A stretch of DNA of 64,000 nucleotides, from assembly GCA_964605795.1 (NCBI GenBank), contig CAZSDZ010000010.1, forward strand, positions 1,372-65,371, read 5' to 3'. The notes beneath the pieces are model-generated. The model did not search any database. It saw nothing but the letters and a program-made list of their open reading frames with translations, and was not told the DNA's origin. Source of the DNA: an uncultured Methanoregulaceae archaeon (GTDB lineage Archaea > Halobacteriota > Methanomicrobia > Methanomicrobiales > Methanospirillaceae). Positions 39,902 to 49,210 of this stretch are shown here, one piece after another. Each line of letters begins with the position of its first letter. Position 1 is the first letter of the stretch. Both the position numbers and the translations under genes were made by a program.

Positions 39902-41242
39902 ATGGCAATACATCCAATTGAATTTCGATACGGTACTGAGCTGATGCGATCAGTCTGGAGTGAAGAACACCGGTTTGCCTGTATGATAAAAGCTGAGGTC
40001 GCGCTTGCCCGGGCAGAGGCAGATTTTGGGATGATCCCAAAAGATGCTGCAGAATCGATAAAAAACCATGCAAATTCGGCTTCTTTAGTCCGTGCTAAGG
40101 AGATAGAAGAGGAGATCCATCATGATATGATGGCTGTGGTGCGTGCAATATCAGAAGTATGTGGTGATGCAGGGAGATGGATCCATTACGGGGCGACCTC
40201 AAATGATATATTAGATACGGCAACGGGGTTGCAGATACGTGATGCGCTGGTTCTCATCAGGAAAGGATTAGAGGATCTGTTACGTATCTTAGTATCCCGT
40301 GCAGAAGAGCATGCAGATCTTGTCTGTATTGCAAGAACCCACGGGCAGCATGGAGTACCGACGACCTATGGACTTCGGTTTGCTATATGGGCGAGTGAAG
40401 TAGGAAGGCATATCGAACGGTTAATCCAGATGAGTCCTCGGGTTTGTGTCGGCCAGATGACCGGGGCAGTCGGAACCCAGGCAGCCCTTGGTGCAGATGG
40501 AATTAAAATTCAACAGCGGATGATGGAGTACCTGTCACTCTCTGCAGTTGACGTCTCATCGCAGATTATCCAACGGGATCGGTATGTTGAGTACTTCTGT
40601 TTTCTTGCATCAGTTGCAACATCACTTGATAAGATTGCAATCGAGATCCGTACGCTGCAGCGAACCGAGATCGGTGAAGTCGAGGAGTCTTTTGGGAAAA
40701 ATCAGGTAGGATCATCCACCATGCCTCATAAGCGAAATCCAATCAGGAGTGAACAGGTGTCAGGTCTGGCCCGGATAGTCAGGGCAGCCGTTGAACCGGC
40801 GATGCAGAATAATACCCTCTGGGATGAACGTGATCTGACCAACTCATCCTGTGAACGGGTTATCTTTCCTGAAGCAACAATCCTCTGTGATCATATTATT
40901 CATGTTTGCACCGGTGTGCTCAAAGGCCTAGTTCTGAAACCTGACCGGATTCGTGAGAATCTCTCTCTCCTCCATGGGATAAATATGGCTGAATCGATCA
41001 TGATAGATCTGACCAAGAAAGGAATGGGTCGCCAGGAAGCCCATGAAATTATTCGTTGTGCCTCGATGCAGGCCTTATCAGAGAAGAATTCACTCGCACT
41101 CATCCTGCAGGATGATCAGAAGATAATGCAGTATCTTACGAGAGGTGAGATAGAATCTCTCCTGCAGCCTGAACAGTACCTGGGAACATCAAAAGAACAG
41201 ATAGCCCGGACGATACAGAAATTACAGTTATATCTGAAATAA
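39902..41242 (+). CDS. purB: Adenylosuccinate lyase
   Basis: PIEFRYGT N-terminus and the fumarate-lyase signature GSSTMPHKRNP. ATG at 39902. Confidence 0.93.
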   Translation: MAIHPIEFRYGTELMRSVWSEEHRFACMIKAEVALARAEADFGMIPKDAAESIKNHANSASLVRAKEIEEEIHHDMMAVVRAISEVCGDAGRWIHYGATSNDILDTATGLQIRDALVLIRKGLEDLLRILVSRAEEHADLVCIARTHGQHGVPTTYGLRFAIWASEVGRHIERLIQMSPRVCVGQMTGAVGTQAALGADGIKIQQRMMEYLSLSAVDVSSQIIQRDRYVEYFCFLASVATSLDKIAIEIRTLQRTEIGEVEESFGKNQVGSSTMPHKRNPIRSEQVSGLARIVRAAVEPAMQNNTLWDERDLTNSSCERVIFPEATILCDHIIHVCTGVLKGLVLKPDRIRENLSLLHGINMAESIMIDLTKKGMGRQEAHEIIRCASMQALSEKNSLALILQDDQKIMQYLTRGEIESLLQPEQYLGTSKEQIARTIQKLQLYLK

Positions 41243-41293
41243 TGAGTGAAAAACCCCAAAAAAGGGACTGGTAAAGAGAAAGAGAATGACGGA

Positions 41294-41956
41294 TTATGGC
41301 TTTTCGAACCGCTCGGTAAAGATTATTGCCTTTATTGAAGGAATGGTCTTAAATGCATCTTCAATAATAAACGGTTTATAATACACCCATTTCTTTTCAT
41401 AGGTTATTCCTGGCGGGAGCGTGATGGTCATCTCGTCATCATTATTGGTAATAACCAGTCTTCTCCCGCAATACAGTTCAATTAATCCGGCTAGCTGTTC
41501 TGTTGGATCCGTAATCTTCTCTACTATTTCGTAATGATAAGTGAGCTCTTTGCCTGCGAGTGGAAGGTTAAAATCAACAATAACCTTGTTTGCGATGGTA
41601 TTGACAACGATACCTTCCCCCTTTCCGGCAACCTGGACCGATGTTCCAACCGAGACTTTCTTATCAAAATCCTTTTTATTGAATGATTGTAACAGTTTGG
41701 GGTTGTGTTCTCCAAATCCCTTGTCAGGGGTAACCGTTACATCTCCACTGTCTCCGATCTCTTTCCCGGGTAACTCCTCGTCAAGCCCGGCGATTACCTG
41801 TTTATGGCCGACACATACGATAATCGGCTCAAAGATTGTCGTATCATCTCCGATTCCATTCTCTTCTGCGATAGTGCGCCAGGTAGTCTGAAATACCGTG
41901 TTGTCATACATCCCGGTATAGTTGAGTTTAATAAAATCTCCCTTTTCAATGCCCAT
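41294..41956 (-). CDS. FKBP-type peptidyl-prolyl cis-trans isomerase (long archaeal type)
   Basis: GDFIKLNYTG....VFQTT N-terminus, an IF-insert-like region and a C-terminal domain. ATG at 41956; the upstream 52-codon extension is judged spurious. Confidence 0.75.
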   Translation of the reverse strand: MGIEKGDFIKLNYTGMYDNTVFQTTWRTIAEENGIGDDTTIFEPIIVCVGHKQVIAGLDEELPGKEIGDSGDVTVTPDKGFGEHNPKLLQSFNKKDFDKKVSVGTSVQVAGKGEGIVVNTIANKVIVDFNLPLAGKELTYHYEIVEKITDPTEQLAGLIELYCGRRLVITNNDDEMTITLPPGITYEKKWVYYKPFIIEDAFKTIPSIKAIIFTERFEKP

Positions 41957-42286
41957 AACATGGCTCCTGTTCGCATATGTAATGGAAATATGTGCAGATA
42001 AAGGATACGATGAATGTCTGACTATAAGAGTGAAAAAATAACAACCGGCTCTAATCTTTTTTCCTTCACCGGTTGCGTTCTTATTGTTTAAATTGCAGTG
42101 TTTCTCGTTCATATGCGTGATTATAAAGAGGGATACCGGCTGATGCCATATTCATGCAGTAATACAACACAATTGAAGTTTTGCTGTTGTGAGGATACGT
42201 GGTTATTTTCATCTTTTTCGTTATTGAACAGAATCCATAATCTGGTCTTACGTTCTATGATACACGGGATATGATCGTAGCTGGTG

Positions 42287-42820
42287 ATGATGATGTATGA
42301 AGTTGAGATAAAAGTCAGGGTTCCTCTCATTGATACGATACGACAAGCTATCCGGAAAGAGGGTGGTATCTTCTCTGAAGTTTTGACAGAGACCGATCAC
42401 TATTACAATGCACCTCACCGTGATTTTTCACAGACTGATGAGGCACTTCGAATACGAATAACCGAAAATAAAACGATAATAACCTATAAAGGTCCGAAAG
42501 AGACGATCCAGGGATCAAAAGTACGAAAAGAGACAAACCTGGAGATACATTCCTTTTCTGATGCTGATACGATTCTTACCAGTCTCGGTTTTTACCCGGT
42601 AGCAGTGGTGATTAAAAAGCGGGAGTACTGGACGCTAGAAGACTTTTCCATTGCGTTAGACGAGGTAGCGGGTTTAGGCAGTTTTGTTGAGGTTGAACTG
42701 ATATCAGAAGATGATACTGCAAAAATGGCAGCACGTATCGATCTTTTATCAAAAAAGCTGGGTATTTTGGGAGAGCGGATTACCGTCTCTTACCTTGAGT
42801 TGCTCTGCTCTAAACTGTGA
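42287..42820 (+). CDS. CYTH-domain protein (CyaB-like class IV adenylate cyclase / triphosphatase family)
   Basis: N-terminal EVEIK motif (the ExExK signature of CYTH), about 175 aa, and LRIR....ITYKGP as in CyaB-like proteins. Confidence 0.8.
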   Translation: MMMYEVEIKVRVPLIDTIRQAIRKEGGIFSEVLTETDHYYNAPHRDFSQTDEALRIRITENKTIITYKGPKETIQGSKVRKETNLEIHSFSDADTILTSLGFYPVAVVIKKREYWTLEDFSIALDEVAGLGSFVEVELISEDDTAKMAARIDLLSKKLGILGERITVSYLELLCSKL

Positions 42821-43451
42821 GCAGTTCAATCTCTATCTCTTTTGGCTCTTCTCCGAAATGGATCATGGCGCAGTAGCGTTCAGCAGCAGGTCCCGGATTA
42901 ACAAATTTAATGCCGTTTTCTTCGTGAATTCCCCTGTTTTCGTGAACGTGTGCACAACAGACAAGATCAAAGTTATCTGCATACTTGCGTATCGTTGCAC
43001 TTCCGACATGGTTGCCCCCGATGAAATCAAGGATACCATACGGAGGGGTGTGACTGATAAGAACGTTATGAATGGATCGCTGCATTCGTTCCACAGGTTT
43101 TTTTAGGATATCATCGAGTTGCTTGTCAGTGTATTCGAGAGGTGTTCCAAACGGTGTCGGATTTGACCCCCCAACGCCTACCAGGGTCAGTTTTCCCAGG
43201 TTCATAACCGATCCATGAAGGTTCACGCTGCTTGAATGTTCAAGAGCGGTTACGACATCCTCAGGGTCGCAATTGCCAGGCACTGAAAAACTTGGTACAT
43301 TGATACGGGAGAAACAGGTCTCTACTCCCTTTACCGGCCCCATATTCGTAATGTCTCCAGCTATAAAGACAATATCCGGATTGAGATCCATAAAAGATCC
43401 CATCATTCCATATTCCCCGTGCAGATCTGCAAGCAGGAGAGCGTTCATCAT
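42810..43451 (-). CDS. Metallophosphoesterase (calcineurin-like, COG2129-type)
   Basis: Motifs LLADLHG, IAGDITN, PGNCD, SHTPP and CAHVHE. Confidence 0.8.
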   Translation of the reverse strand: MMNALLLADLHGEYGMMGSFMDLNPDIVFIAGDITNMGPVKGVETCFSRINVPSFSVPGNCDPEDVVTALEHSSSVNLHGSVMNLGKLTLVGVGGSNPTPFGTPLEYTDKQLDDILKKPVERMQRSIHNVLISHTPPYGILDFIGGNHVGSATIRKYADNFDLVCCAHVHENRGIHEENGIKFVNPGPAAERYCAMIHFGEEPKEIEIELLTV

Positions 43452-44593
43452 ACATTATTATTCGAATTGGTGGTACTAAACCTTATCTCAGGACGGTTCC
43501 ATGAACCGGTGATAAACCCATGTAATGCCAGTTTTCCAAGGGTGGCATCGGCACCAGGGATAAGATCCCGGGGAGAAGTTCCTGCAAGGGGTGTCCCGGG
43601 CAGGGGAATAAACCGGTGCAGATGGATCGTTCCATATCTGGCAATCCATCTGATAAGATGCAACGTCTCTTTCTGGTCTTCATCGTCTTCAAAGGGAAAA
43701 CCCATGATAATATCAACAACCGGTATGATATCAGCGTCCCGACAGTTTTCAACTGCAACGCAGACATCATGAACCGTGTGTCTACGGTTTAACCTCTCAA
43801 GTACCCGGTCACTGCCTGACTGAGCGCCGAAATGAAGGCGGGTATTGGCACAGTATCTTCTGATAAGGTCAAGGGACTCAGGAGTTACAAATTCCGGTCT
43901 GACCTCTGCAGGGAAGGTTCCGAAATACACTTCTTTGTTCATCTCATCGTGCAGCATGGAAAGCAGGCTTCTGATGCTTTGGTAATGTGGTTCTCTCCCG
44001 TTCGATCCATATGCCAGGGCATTTGGAGAGAGGAGTCTGACATGGTGGAGGGATTTGGCTGCCTGTTGTATCGCATATAAGGAACGATGACGCATCAGAT
44101 GACCAAAGATCGCCGGAGTCTGGCAATACGAACAGGAAAAAGGACACCCCCGGGATATCTCGATATATCCCTTTATTTTCGTATAGCAGGGAAAAGAATC
44201 GAGAATTACCGTAGTGTCCCGTGGAGTGTAATGGTTTTTTGTTGCGACACCGGTCGGAAACCTGGGGTTCTTCCCGTCGATCCAGGAGATAAGGGAGGGA
44301 AGGGTATACTCCCCTTCTCCAACGATGACATAATCAGCGATACCGGTTATCTCCGGGTAACATGCAGTGGCATGGGGTCCTCCAACGATGGTACAGACGG
44401 GAGATTCTGCAATCTCCTGGTAATAGTGTGATGCATTTATGGAATTAAGGCTGTAACAGACAATATCGCCTTCCGGTTTTTGAACTGGCTGCAGATCGTA
44501 TCCAAATCGTTCACAAGCAGCATATAACGCAGCGAAGCTGTTCTTTTGTGAGGAGATGGTTCGCCAGCAGACCGTTTTCATCGCACGGTACAT
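43448..44593 (-). CDS. B12-binding-domain / radical SAM protein (MJ_1487-like, methanogen-restricted family)
   Basis: N-terminal B12-like fold (IVGGPHAT......ADYVIVGEGE) and radical SAM cluster motif SRGCPFSCSYC. The stop overlaps the start of the phosphoesterase. Confidence 0.7.
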   Translation of the reverse strand: MYRAMKTVCWRTISSQKNSFAALYAACERFGYDLQPVQKPEGDIVCYSLNSINASHYYQEIAESPVCTIVGGPHATACYPEITGIADYVIVGEGEYTLPSLISWIDGKNPRFPTGVATKNHYTPRDTTVILDSFPCYTKIKGYIEISRGCPFSCSYCQTPAIFGHLMRHRSLYAIQQAAKSLHHVRLLSPNALAYGSNGREPHYQSIRSLLSMLHDEMNKEVYFGTFPAEVRPEFVTPESLDLIRRYCANTRLHFGAQSGSDRVLERLNRRHTVHDVCVAVENCRDADIIPVVDIIMGFPFEDDEDQKETLHLIRWIARYGTIHLHRFIPLPGTPLAGTSPRDLIPGADATLGKLALHGFITGSWNRPEIRFSTTNSNNNV

Positions 44594-44627
44594 GTAAGTG
44601 TTTTTACTATTTGGAAAGGAACCTCAT

Positions 44628-45155
44628 ATGGTGTTTATGCCGGATTATCTTTCTGTTATTCTTATTGGCATTATTGTTATCCTGTTCTGTTATATTATCT
44701 GGCTACATGGGCGAATCGAGAATCGTGCCAGGAAGAAGTTTGATGCATGGTATCCCGAGGAGATGCAGAGAATGGAGGAACGGCGAAGAGAAGAGATCTC
44801 TGGTATTGTCCAGGAAAAGGCAACAATTCTCTTTGAACGCTGGCAGAAGGATGAAGAAGAGAAGATCAGAAAAGATGCCATAAAAAGGAGTCATGCCGTG
44901 GTAAAAGGGAGGATAACCGAACAATTCATCCCTTTTCTTGAGACGTTTCCCTATAATCCCCAGGATGCACGGTTTATCGGGACTCCCGTTGACCTGATTA
45001 TTTTTGATGGTCTTTCTCTGGGCTCATGTCGGGAAGTTGTCTTCCTCGAAGTAAAAACAGGACCGGGAGCCGTATTGTCACGGCGTGAACGCGATGTGCG
45101 CGAGTGTATCCGGAAAAAGAACGTTTCGTATCAGGTATTCCATACCGGCCAGTAA
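44628..45155 (+). CDS. Membrane-anchored Holliday-junction-resolvase-like endonuclease (PF10107 / COG4741-like)
   Basis: N-terminal TM helix, a charged coiled-coil, then F.YNPQDARFIGTPVDLIIFDG....VVFLEVKTG...LSRRER, resembling the Endonuc_Holl family. ATG at 44628. Confidence 0.65.
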   Translation: MVFMPDYLSVILIGIIVILFCYIIWLHGRIENRARKKFDAWYPEEMQRMEERRREEISGIVQEKATILFERWQKDEEEKIRKDAIKRSHAVVKGRITEQFIPFLETFPYNPQDARFIGTPVDLIIFDGLSLGSCREVVFLEVKTGPGAVLSRRERDVRECIRKKNVSYQVFHTGQ

Positions 45156-45166
45156 ACCGATCCTAA

Positions 45167-45613
45167 TCAAATCCGGTTCATCCGTTCTTTTGTTTTTACA
45201 TCCTCCTGTGCGATGGTATACAGCGTTCCGTCATAGAATATTGCCCTGACGACAACCTGGTCACTTCCCCGTGTCCCTGGTATGATAACCTCTGCCAGTT
45301 TGTCTGGTTTTAACCCGATCTCTGATGTGGTACCGTCAGAACGTGTCACAAATACCCGTACCTCTCTGACAAGATGCTGTCCTTCTCCTCCCATAAAGGT
45401 GACCGTAATGGATTGGTCAATCGGGTTCTTCTCAATCTGGACCTCTATCATCTTGTCAGGGGGAGGGAACGATACCGATTCTTCTGATTCCGGCGATGAG
45501 GTATCGGATTGCAGGTTCTCCCATGGAGATTGGGCTGTATCAGGTCCGGTACAACCCGAAGACAGGATCAGGAGAATCCCAATACCAAGAATTATTCCAA
45601 GTAATCTGTCCAT
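45167..45613 (-). CDS. Putative lipoprotein, paralog A
   Basis: Lipobox LSSGC. About 67% identity over the C-terminal 98 aa to the product of 46736..47146. Confidence 0.7.
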   Translation of the reverse strand: MDRLLGIILGIGILLILSSGCTGPDTAQSPWENLQSDTSSPESEESVSFPPPDKMIEVQIEKNPIDQSITVTFMGGEGQHLVREVRVFVTRSDGTTSEIGLKPDKLAEVIIPGTRGSDQVVVRAIFYDGTLYTIAQEDVKTKERMNRI

Positions 45614-45817
45614 ATATAATAACAGGACCACAAATTGTTTATTGGTTATCCTTGAATGACATAGAGAAGACGGGTTGGATGAGACCAGAGCATAATCAGG
45701 GATGCTTATTTCCTGATATCATACCTGAAGGGAATACAAAATACACAAAAACCCGTGATAGGAATCGCTTGGCTTCCCGGACAGGAGACGGGGTTGAGCA
45801 GGAAATGGTGAGACAGT

Positions 45818-46369
45818 ATGGATATGCAGGGAGATAAAAATAAGGGATGTTTTCATAAAACCGGGATGAACCGGGCGGAATGCCTTTTTGAGCACGGATT
45901 ATGGAGCACGCGGTTTATTGTACTGCTGGCAGTGATCTTTAGTATTCTCAGTAGTGTAATCCTCTTCTATATTGGATCGGTTGAGGTTATCGGTGCTCTT
46001 TTTGCTCCTTTTGAGGCCCATGACAGCGAAACCCTCCATATAAATATCCTTATCACGATTATCGGGGCAATAGATCTCTACCTGATCGGGGTTGTTTTAC
46101 TGCTGTTCGGGTTTGGACTGTATGAACTGTTCATATCAGAGATAAATGTAGCCAGGGTTGATGAGGAATGCCACTCACTACTCGAGATCTGTTCTTTGGA
46201 TGAGTTGAAAAGCAAGATCATCAAGGTTATTATCATGGTTCTGATCGTGAGTTTCTTTCAGCATACACTCTCGATGGAGATTCACTCTTCATATGACAGC
46301 CTGCTCATGGCGCTCTCAATCCTTGCCATTGCGTGTGCAGCCAGTGCGCTGCACCGGTTTGGTGCGTAA
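45818..46369 (+). CDS. YqhA-family (UPF0114) membrane protein
   Basis: SRFIVLLAV...., three to four TM helices and an SLDELKSKIIKVIIMVLIV segment resemble YqhA. The start is uncertain (45818 to 45866). Confidence 0.6.
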   Translation: MDMQGDKNKGCFHKTGMNRAECLFEHGLWSTRFIVLLAVIFSILSSVILFYIGSVEVIGALFAPFEAHDSETLHINILITIIGAIDLYLIGVVLLLFGFGLYELFISEINVARVDEECHSLLEICSLDELKSKIIKVIIMVLIVSFFQHTLSMEIHSSYDSLLMALSILAIACAASALHRFGA

Positions 46370-46735
46370 AAACTTTTTTCCGGCTCTTCGCTGATCTGTG
46401 TGGGTAGATTACCGAAAAACCACATGACAGATTATTTATCTTATTTGAATTTGAAAGACAATGAGATCTCTCTTTAATTGGATTATTGATTCTACTACGA
46501 GTAGGAATGAAAGGAAGGGGTATTAATCAATTAAGGGGTCCTAATTGGAGTTTGATAAAGTTAATTTACGTCAGTTAGTCCTATCAAACCATCATGAAAT
46601 AGCGAGGTGCAAACCCTTTTTCTCATCTGCATGCACGGCATTCACGATGGGATATTCTGATCCGATCAGCCTGTCATTCATCAGGTTTTATCAGATTGGT
46701 ATCCTGACAGATGGCTTCTTGAGAAAAATCATCTT

Positions 46736-47146
46736 CTATAGTCTGCTCATCCGTTCCTTTATCTTTATGTCCTCATCTGCAATGATATACTGTGTTCCGT
46801 CTGAGTACAGGACCTTTACTACCACCGTATCAGATCCCCTGGTTCCGGGGATGGTTATGTATGCCAGTTTGTCTGGTTTGAGATCAGCCTCTGATCGTAT
46901 GCCATCTGATCGTTTTACCTCTGCCCAGATACGGTGTACGAGATGTTGCCCCTCCCCGCCTGCGAAGGTTATCGTGATAAACTGGTCGATGGGATCTTTC
47001 TCTATCTGGACCTCAACCATCTTTTGAGGCGGTGGAAGATTCCGTGAATCCTGTTCTTCTGATCCAAAACCATTGATTCCTGTACAACCTGCTGATAAGA
47101 GCATCACGATTCCGATACAAAGCGTAATGATCAACCATCTCTTCAT
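46736..47146 (-). CDS. Putative lipoprotein, paralog B
   Basis: Lipobox LSAGC. Paralog of 45167..45613 (shared PPP.KM.EVQIEK.PIDQ.IT.TF.GGEGQHLV, IPGTRGSD, KERM). Confidence 0.7.
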   Translation of the reverse strand: MKRWLIITLCIGIVMLLSAGCTGINGFGSEEQDSRNLPPPQKMVEVQIEKDPIDQFITITFAGGEGQHLVHRIWAEVKRSDGIRSEADLKPDKLAYITIPGTRGSDTVVVKVLYSDGTQYIIADEDIKIKERMSRL

Positions 47147-47290
47147 ACCATATACATGACATCATCTGGTTTATGATTTGCCCCGGTATGACCGGGTATG
47201 TGAGAAAGAAAAAGAATATGTGTCTTTGAGGGTCTAAACCGGAAGAATTCTTCTCTGGTTCACCGGAAAAAGGAAGGTTTTATGAGAAGT

Positions 47291-48466
47291 TCAGGCACCA
47301 GTATATGCCTTCATAATATGCACAAAAATCTCTGTTGCTTTTTCAAGTTGCGAGACTGATACCCGTTCATTTCGTGCATGGAGCAGTGCCAGATCGCCGG
47401 GACCATACTCGATAACTGCAACTCCTGCTTCCCGCATATGTCTGGCATCGGTTGCTGCCCAGGTGACACAGGGTAATGCAGGTTCGTGGTATACTGCTTC
47501 AATAGCCGTGCAGGTCTCTTTGGTAAGTCGACAAGGGGGGGTAAAGGAAGCAGGTGCGATCTCTTCGACCGTGATATCAGCATGCGGGTACTGCTTCCTG
47601 ATGGAGTTTACAATGGTGTACGGATCACACCCCCAGGGGATCCGCAGATCATACTCTGCAGTACACCGTTGTGCCACCACGTTTACTTTCTCACCCCCGT
47701 TAATAACCCCGGGATTATACATAACATGCTTAAGAATACGATTCGCCTCCTGCAGGGGGATCCCTGCCTGGGCAGAGAGGTTCTCTATTGCCCTGGTTAT
47801 GGCCCCTTCCATCTCGGGATTGACAAAAAACTCCTGCTGATGGAATGAATCGATACATTTCTGAAAAGAACAGGCCTCGATAATTGCCGATCGTCCGACT
47901 ACCGGGTGAAGGGAACTATGGCCCGGTTCCCCGTGAAAGGTGACCGTGAGTCTGATGAGTCCTTTCTCCCCTATCATCGGTGAGGAATATGGTGACGGTT
48001 CAGCGATCAGACACTCTTTTGGGGCCACGTAATTTTTTGCAAGCAGGTACTGCATTCCGTACGTTCCCTTTCCTTCTTCATCACAGACAAACGCAAGATC
48101 AACATCAGGCTTTATTCCCTCCTGTATCAGGTTCCCAAGCGCAGCAAGGATAGCAGCGCAACCTCCTTTCATATCGGTAGATCCCCTCCCGTACACAAAT
48201 CCGTCTGTGATTGTTCCTGAAAAAGGGGGAACGTTCCAACCGTCATCAAGTACCGGAACAACGTCAACATGGCCACAGAACATGAGGCCTGATGTACATC
48301 CGGTCGTAATCAGGTTACAATGTCCGTTTTTTCCGCATATCGTCTCTGCCTGAATCCCGATATCCTCCAGGTATGATTGAATCCATACAATCACCTCTTT
48401 TGTGTCTCCTGGTGGATTTTCTGAACGGATCTTCACGAGTTCAGAACAGATTTCAGAAACGTTCAT
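47291..48466 (-). CDS. M20-family metallopeptidase (ArgE/DapE-type deacylase)
   Basis: GHVDVVP, GRGS.DMKGG, the E-E motif (CDEEG), and a C-terminal HA.NE motif. Confidence 0.85.
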   Translation of the reverse strand: MNVSEICSELVKIRSENPPGDTKEVIVWIQSYLEDIGIQAETICGKNGHCNLITTGCTSGLMFCGHVDVVPVLDDGWNVPPFSGTITDGFVYGRGSTDMKGGCAAILAALGNLIQEGIKPDVDLAFVCDEEGKGTYGMQYLLAKNYVAPKECLIAEPSPYSSPMIGEKGLIRLTVTFHGEPGHSSLHPVVGRSAIIEACSFQKCIDSFHQQEFFVNPEMEGAITRAIENLSAQAGIPLQEANRILKHVMYNPGVINGGEKVNVVAQRCTAEYDLRIPWGCDPYTIVNSIRKQYPHADITVEEIAPASFTPPCRLTKETCTAIEAVYHEPALPCVTWAATDARHMREAGVAVIEYGPGDLALLHARNERVSVSQLEKATEIFVHIMKAYTGA

Positions 48467-48484
48467 GGTACTCCTGGCCAGTTA

Positions 48485-49156
48485 TCATGCTGATTTGGCA
48501 TATGCATCAAATAATGTCGCAGTTTTTGATCCCTGATACATCTGGTTTAAGTAGGATCGATCAAATACCTCGTCAATCATTAATCTGAAATGATGAGCCG
48601 GAGTTGGACTTTTCGTATCAGGATCCAGAATAATCTGGAAACTCCGGTATGATGCCGGGTCATCCGGGTTATAGATATTCTGGATGAAAAGGGGAAAGAG
48701 TTCGTAGAGCTCCGGGTGTTCTTCCCGCAATTTTATCATGAATCCGGGAAATTTTTCACGTCCCTCTTTTTTTGCTTCATCGACCCGTAACCGCAAAAAT
48801 TCTTTTGAGAGAATATTCCTTGGGTTCTGGTAGTTGTATGCAAGTATTGAGATAGAAAAATCAAGATGGGCCAGTGCCTCAAAGTAGTAAAACTTTAAAA
48901 CAGGGTGCATATCAGACATATCCTCAAGGATGAGGGATTTTTCATAGAGTTGTGAGAGGACCTTCTGATATTCATTTACTTCCTGCATAGTACCTGATTC
49001 GGGAAGGAAGGCAAAAAAATGAACGGTCACCAAACCTGCATTCCCGAGGTTTTGCCCATCTGCATTATTGGGTATTACGAGTTTATTGTTCCAAACAGAC
49101 AATTCTGCAGATGCAGAAGGGGAGAGAATAGAGGATTGAAATGTTTTGGTGCACAA
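48485..49156 (-). CDS. Hypothetical protein
   Basis: 223-codon ORF with a TTG start; the first internal ATG gives about 167 aa (MQEVNEYQK). Same strand as its neighbours with short gaps. No family recognised. Confidence 0.5.
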   Translation of the reverse strand: MCTKTFQSSILSPSASAELSVWNNKLVIPNNADGQNLGNAGLVTVHFFAFLPESGTMQEVNEYQKVLSQLYEKSLILEDMSDMHPVLKFYYFEALAHLDFSISILAYNYQNPRNILSKEFLRLRVDEAKKEGREKFPGFMIKLREEHPELYELFPLFIQNIYNPDDPASYRSFQIILDPDTKSPTPAHHFRLMIDEVFDRSYLNQMYQGSKTATLFDAYAKSA

Positions 49157-49210
49157 TCTGAATTTTCTGGGTAATACCGTTCTGGGTTTAATTTTTTCTG
49201 GGTTCTGTCA

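Noticed and set aside
41957-42112. N-terminal extensions of several listed ORFs. Examples: FKBP 272 aa, rfcS 362 aa, purB 464 aa, dapB 287 aa, ogt 173 aa, alba 124 aa and LOG-like 187 aa.
   Set aside because: In each case an internal start reproduces the canonical family N-terminus. It often also creates a tidy stop/start overlap with the upstream gene. The extensions have non-protein-like sequence.
47194-47208. Short GC hairpin CCCGGT-atg-ACCGGG between the M20 peptidase gene and lipoprotein paralog B.
   Set aside because: It is a 6-bp stem with a 3-nt loop and no adjacent oligo-T on the transcribed strand. Hairpins of this size are common by chance.
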